In this document: in pieces, positions 18,239 to 21,396 of the stretch
Layout: each line of letters begins with the position of its first letter
Numbering within the stretch: position 1 is the stretch's first letter
From: an uncultured archaeon
GTDB taxonomy: Archaea; Asgardarchaeota; Lokiarchaeia; Sigyniarchaeales; SOKP01
Direction of reading: 5' to 3'
NCBI GenBank assembly: GCA_964525635.1
Contig: CAZGJX010000079.1
Span: 1 to 21,396, forward strand
DNA length: 21,396 bases
Notes under the pieces: model-generated
What the model was told of the DNA's origin: nothing
Seen by the model: only the letters and a program-made list of their open reading frames with translations
The model's database searches: none
Position numbers and translations under genes: made by a program

Positions 18239-18682
18239 TTGATTAGAGAGAAATTTATTCCTATTCAAATTGAAGAAGAACTATGTTTAAGATGCGAAAG
18301 ATGTACAAGGACTTGTAGAAATAACGCTATTTATTTTGATCAAGGAATAAGAAGAATTGACTATACTAAATGTAAAGCCTGTTTAGATTGTGTTAATGTG
18401 TGTCCAAGAAATGCAATTACAGTTATTTCTGTGCAACGATCTAATCAGATTCTTAATATAAAAATAGATCGTAATAAATGTACTCTATGTGGTATATGTT
18501 TAAATGATAATGGCAAATATTGTCCCCAAAATCTTTTTTATAAAGAAAAATTGAAAAATAAAATTGAGATTGTAAAATTTAAAAATAAAGAAATAGATGA
18601 TTGTCAAGGATGCTTAAATTGTGTTGTTTCATGTCCAGAACAGGCAATAATACCATTTCTTTTTAATATACAATGGGATTAA
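18239..18682 (+). CDS. Polyferredoxin (four 4Fe-4S motifs)
   Basis: CLRCERCTRTC, CKACLDCVNVCP, CTLCGIC-x7-CP, CQGCLNCVVSCP. TTG start. Confidence 0.9.
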   Translation: MIREKFIPIQIEEELCLRCERCTRTCRNNAIYFDQGIRRIDYTKCKACLDCVNVCPRNAITVISVQRSNQILNIKIDRNKCTLCGICLNDNGKYCPQNLFYKEKLKNKIEIVKFKNKEIDDCQGCLNCVVSCPEQAIIPFLFNIQWD

Positions 18683-18720
18683 GGTTACCTCTTATTAATT
18701 TATGATTCTAAACAAGAGTT

Positions 18721-19281
18721 CTATTTCATTTCTTTAGCTTTATTTATTAAGAATTCTTTTAAGTCAAGAAAATTAGAAAAAACTGTAATTCCTTCCATAT
18801 TTCGTAATTTTTTAACATTTTTGATTTCTATATCTCTTATTTTAAGAACTAGACGACTCCCATCTGTCCTCGTTGTTACTATTGGTTCATCATATTGGTC
18901 AGAGGGTAATAAATAAACAGGAACATCTCCTTTTATGGTCTGGGCAACACAATTAGTAATTAACGAATCAGCTATTCCATAGACGATTTTAGCAACTGAA
19001 TTCGCCGATACAGGACAAACAAGTAAAAAATCATATTTACCAATTTGAAGAGGTCCAGCAATAAAAGGTTTATTAGGAGTTATTTCTATCTTTACTTTTT
19101 CTACAACCTCATTAAGGTAATCCCATTGTTTATACCATTTTACAACAACAGCACCTTCTTTTGATAATAAAATCGTCAGATCAATATTATAATTCTCCTG
19201 CAATTCTTTCATTAAATCAATAGATTCCTTAATTAAAAATCCTGTACCTGTTAATCCCCAAACAAATCTTAAAGAACTCAT
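18721..19281 (-). CDS. afpA: Archaeoflavoprotein (AfpA/DmrX-like, HFCD flavoprotein fold)
   Basis: FVWGLTGTG, PVSANSVAKIVYGIADSLITNCVAQ, VYLLPSD, NVKKLRNMEGITV. Confidence 0.8.
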   Translation of the reverse strand: MSSLRFVWGLTGTGFLIKESIDLMKELQENYNIDLTILLSKEGAVVVKWYKQWDYLNEVVEKVKIEITPNKPFIAGPLQIGKYDFLLVCPVSANSVAKIVYGIADSLITNCVAQTIKGDVPVYLLPSDQYDEPIVTTRTDGSRLVLKIRDIEIKNVKKLRNMEGITVFSNFLDLKEFLINKAKEMK

Positions 19282-19533
19282 TATAGTTGAAACATAATTC
19301 TATCTGATTTATATTTAATTATTTTAAAGTATTCAAATAAAAAGAGATGATAAAAACCATTTAAGAATTTAGATTTAGCTGTTAATTTTTTTATTAAGAT
19401 GAATTGTTAAGCTAAAGACCAATTCTTAGAATATATTCAAAATGTTTTTATTTCTATTTATTAATTTATTTAATATTATTTAGAAATATATTATAAAAAT
19501 AGGATTAGTAAATTCATTAGAATTGATCTATTT

Positions 19534-21339
19534 ATGAATGAAAATCAACTTATTAATCGATATGAAGATTCGATCGATAATTTAATTTCTACTGAAGAAA
19601 AAGTAGTTTTTTTAGTCGGAGCGGGTATATCTATTGATCCTCCTGCGGATCTACTACCTGCAACCCAATTTATTAGATTTTTATTAGAATTATGTGCTCC
19701 TGATGAAGAAATAGAGAATTTATTATCAATTGAAAGTCTTCGATATGAGATGATAGCAGAAATTATACAGCGTTATATTGATTATGAATTAGACTTTATG
19801 GATTATTTTGGACTAATCACCCAACCAAATCTAAATCATATTTTTCTTGCTAATGCAATTATTCAAGGACATTCAATCTATACCACGAATTTCGATTATT
19901 TAATAGAATACGCATTAGAACAAACTTTAACTCAGGAAAAGTATCCACAAATTACTCCAGTTATTACAAAAAATGATTATATTCAATATCAAAATCCTAA
20001 TGAAGCATTTCAAAATGGAAAATATCCCATTTATAAACTCCATGGAGCTAAAAAAAACATTATAACTCATATTAAGACTACAGATTCACTAGTTACAACC
20101 ATGAGTGCTTTTGGAAAAGGAAATAAATTTCTTTCTTTAGAGCCTTTTAAGAAAAACTCAATAATGGAAATAAGTAAAGATAGGACTTTAATTGTTATGG
20201 GTTATTCTGGTAGAGATGATTTTGATATTGCACCAATGCTTAGACAATTATTTTCTATTAAAAAATTAATATGGATTGATCATCATCTAAAAGAGGATAT
20301 TGAAATCTATAAATTTAATCCCAAAAAAGCATTCATCATTCCAAAAGCAATCACTCGAACAGAGCGTCTTCTTGCTGAGATCAGCTCAAATACTGAATCA
20401 GAAGTTTTCATGATAAAAACTAATACTGGTCAATTTATTAAAAAACATTTATGGTCGATATTACTATCTAATACAGATTTACCCGATTTATCTTCTCCAG
20501 AAAAGGTTGATGATAAAGGTACTCTTTCCTTTAAAGGTTTTCTTGATAATAAGTTCAAAAATATACCTCCTCTTTTAAAATGGAAATGTACTGCAGATAT
20601 TTATTTAGAGTTAGGACTCATGAAGGAGGTTCTAAGATGTAATGAAATTGGATTAACTAAAGCAAAAAAGCTAGAATCAGTCAGAATGGAATCTGAATTC
20701 CTAAATCTTTTTGGAATATATTATTATAACCAAAAAGAATTTGACAAATCTTTGGAATATTATGAAAAAGCATTAAAGATCGATGAAAAATCAGGAAATC
20801 TTTCATTACAAGCTGTCCGTTTAAATAATATTGGAATAATTCATCTTGAAAAAGAACGACTGGACAAATCATTAGAATATTTTGAAAGAGCTTTAGAAAT
20901 TGCGAAAATGAGAGGAGATTATCGAGGAATGGCCTCTCGTACTAGTAATATTGGATTAGTATTCCTTAAACAAGAAAATTATGAAGGAGCACTTGAAAAG
21001 TTTAGTTCAGCTTTAACTCTAGATAAAAAAATTGGAAATTTAGCTGGAAGAAGTATTCGATTGAAAAATATGGGAGATGTTTATAAAGCACAGAAAAATT
21101 ATCCGGAAGCACTTGAAAAATATCAAAACTCATATCAAATAATTCAAAAACTTGAAGATAGAATTGGATTGGGCAAAATACTAACTGATATTGGAATTAT
21201 TTATTCAGATCTTAAGGATTTTGGTAAAGCTATAACCAATTTAAAGAAAGCAATAAATTATCTAAAAGAAATTGATGATCAAGTTAATCTGCTTGAAGCT
21301 GAAAAAGCTCTTGAAAGCGTTAAAAAAAACTTACATTAG
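19534..21339 (+). CDS. SIR2-like domain plus TPR-repeat protein
   Basis: VVFLVGAGIS, YTTNFD, IYKLHG, LIVMGYSGRDDFD, followed by about six ~40-aa TPR-like repeats (e.g. LNNIGIIH...SLEYFERALEI). Confidence 0.85.
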   Translation: MNENQLINRYEDSIDNLISTEEKVVFLVGAGISIDPPADLLPATQFIRFLLELCAPDEEIENLLSIESLRYEMIAEIIQRYIDYELDFMDYFGLITQPNLNHIFLANAIIQGHSIYTTNFDYLIEYALEQTLTQEKYPQITPVITKNDYIQYQNPNEAFQNGKYPIYKLHGAKKNIITHIKTTDSLVTTMSAFGKGNKFLSLEPFKKNSIMEISKDRTLIVMGYSGRDDFDIAPMLRQLFSIKKLIWIDHHLKEDIEIYKFNPKKAFIIPKAITRTERLLAEISSNTESEVFMIKTNTGQFIKKHLWSILLSNTDLPDLSSPEKVDDKGTLSFKGFLDNKFKNIPPLLKWKCTADIYLELGLMKEVLRCNEIGLTKAKKLESVRMESEFLNLFGIYYYNQKEFDKSLEYYEKALKIDEKSGNLSLQAVRLNNIGIIHLEKERLDKSLEYFERALEIAKMRGDYRGMASRTSNIGLVFLKQENYEGALEKFSSALTLDKKIGNLAGRSIRLKNMGDVYKAQKNYPEALEKYQNSYQIIQKLEDRIGLGKILTDIGIIYSDLKDFGKAITNLKKAINYLKEIDDQVNLLEAEKALESVKKNLH

Positions 21340-21396
21340 AATTATTGGTTAATTTTATAGATGAATGATCAATTATAAATTAACCCCTTTTTTTAT

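Noticed and set aside
20681-20872. 63 aa minus-strand ORF
   Set aside because: Antisense to the TPR region.
1-21396. CRISPR arrays, tRNA/rRNA genes, transposases, integrases
   Set aside because: No regularly spaced repeats, cloverleaf or rRNA-like GC-rich segments, or recombinase motifs were seen.

Overview
Very AT-rich archaeal chromosomal DNA. The gene set (archaeosortase with a PGF-type sorting-signal neighbour, PAC2 proteasome chaperones, SufCB-only Fe-S system, AfpA-type flavoprotein, SIR2-TPR protein) points to an Asgard archaeon, probably Lokiarchaeia; this assignment is inference. In order: a GbsR/MarR-like regulator divergent from a small membrane protein across a palindromic operator; a MoxR-type AAA+ ATPase paired with an HExxH-plus-vWA protein; a possible unannotated structured RNA (~5155-5311, minus); a two-RCK channel-like protein without a GYG filter; a membrane gene frameshifted at an A10 run; an smsC-smsB-wHTH operon; two tandem PAC2 paralogues both ending in HbYX; an archaeosortase next to a zinc-ribbon membrane protein ending in VPGF-TM-basic, with a GT87-like glycosyltransferase nearby; a DUF169-like gene; a decayed vapBC module between imperfect direct repeats; a polyferredoxin convergent with an AfpA-like flavoprotein; and a SIR2-TPR protein. 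Best candidates for undescribed systems are the archaeosortase/substrate/GT-C cluster, the tandem PAC2 pair, the AAA+/metalloprotease-vWA pair, the SIR2-TPR protein and the putative ncRNA. All family calls come from reading motifs by eye; no searches were run.
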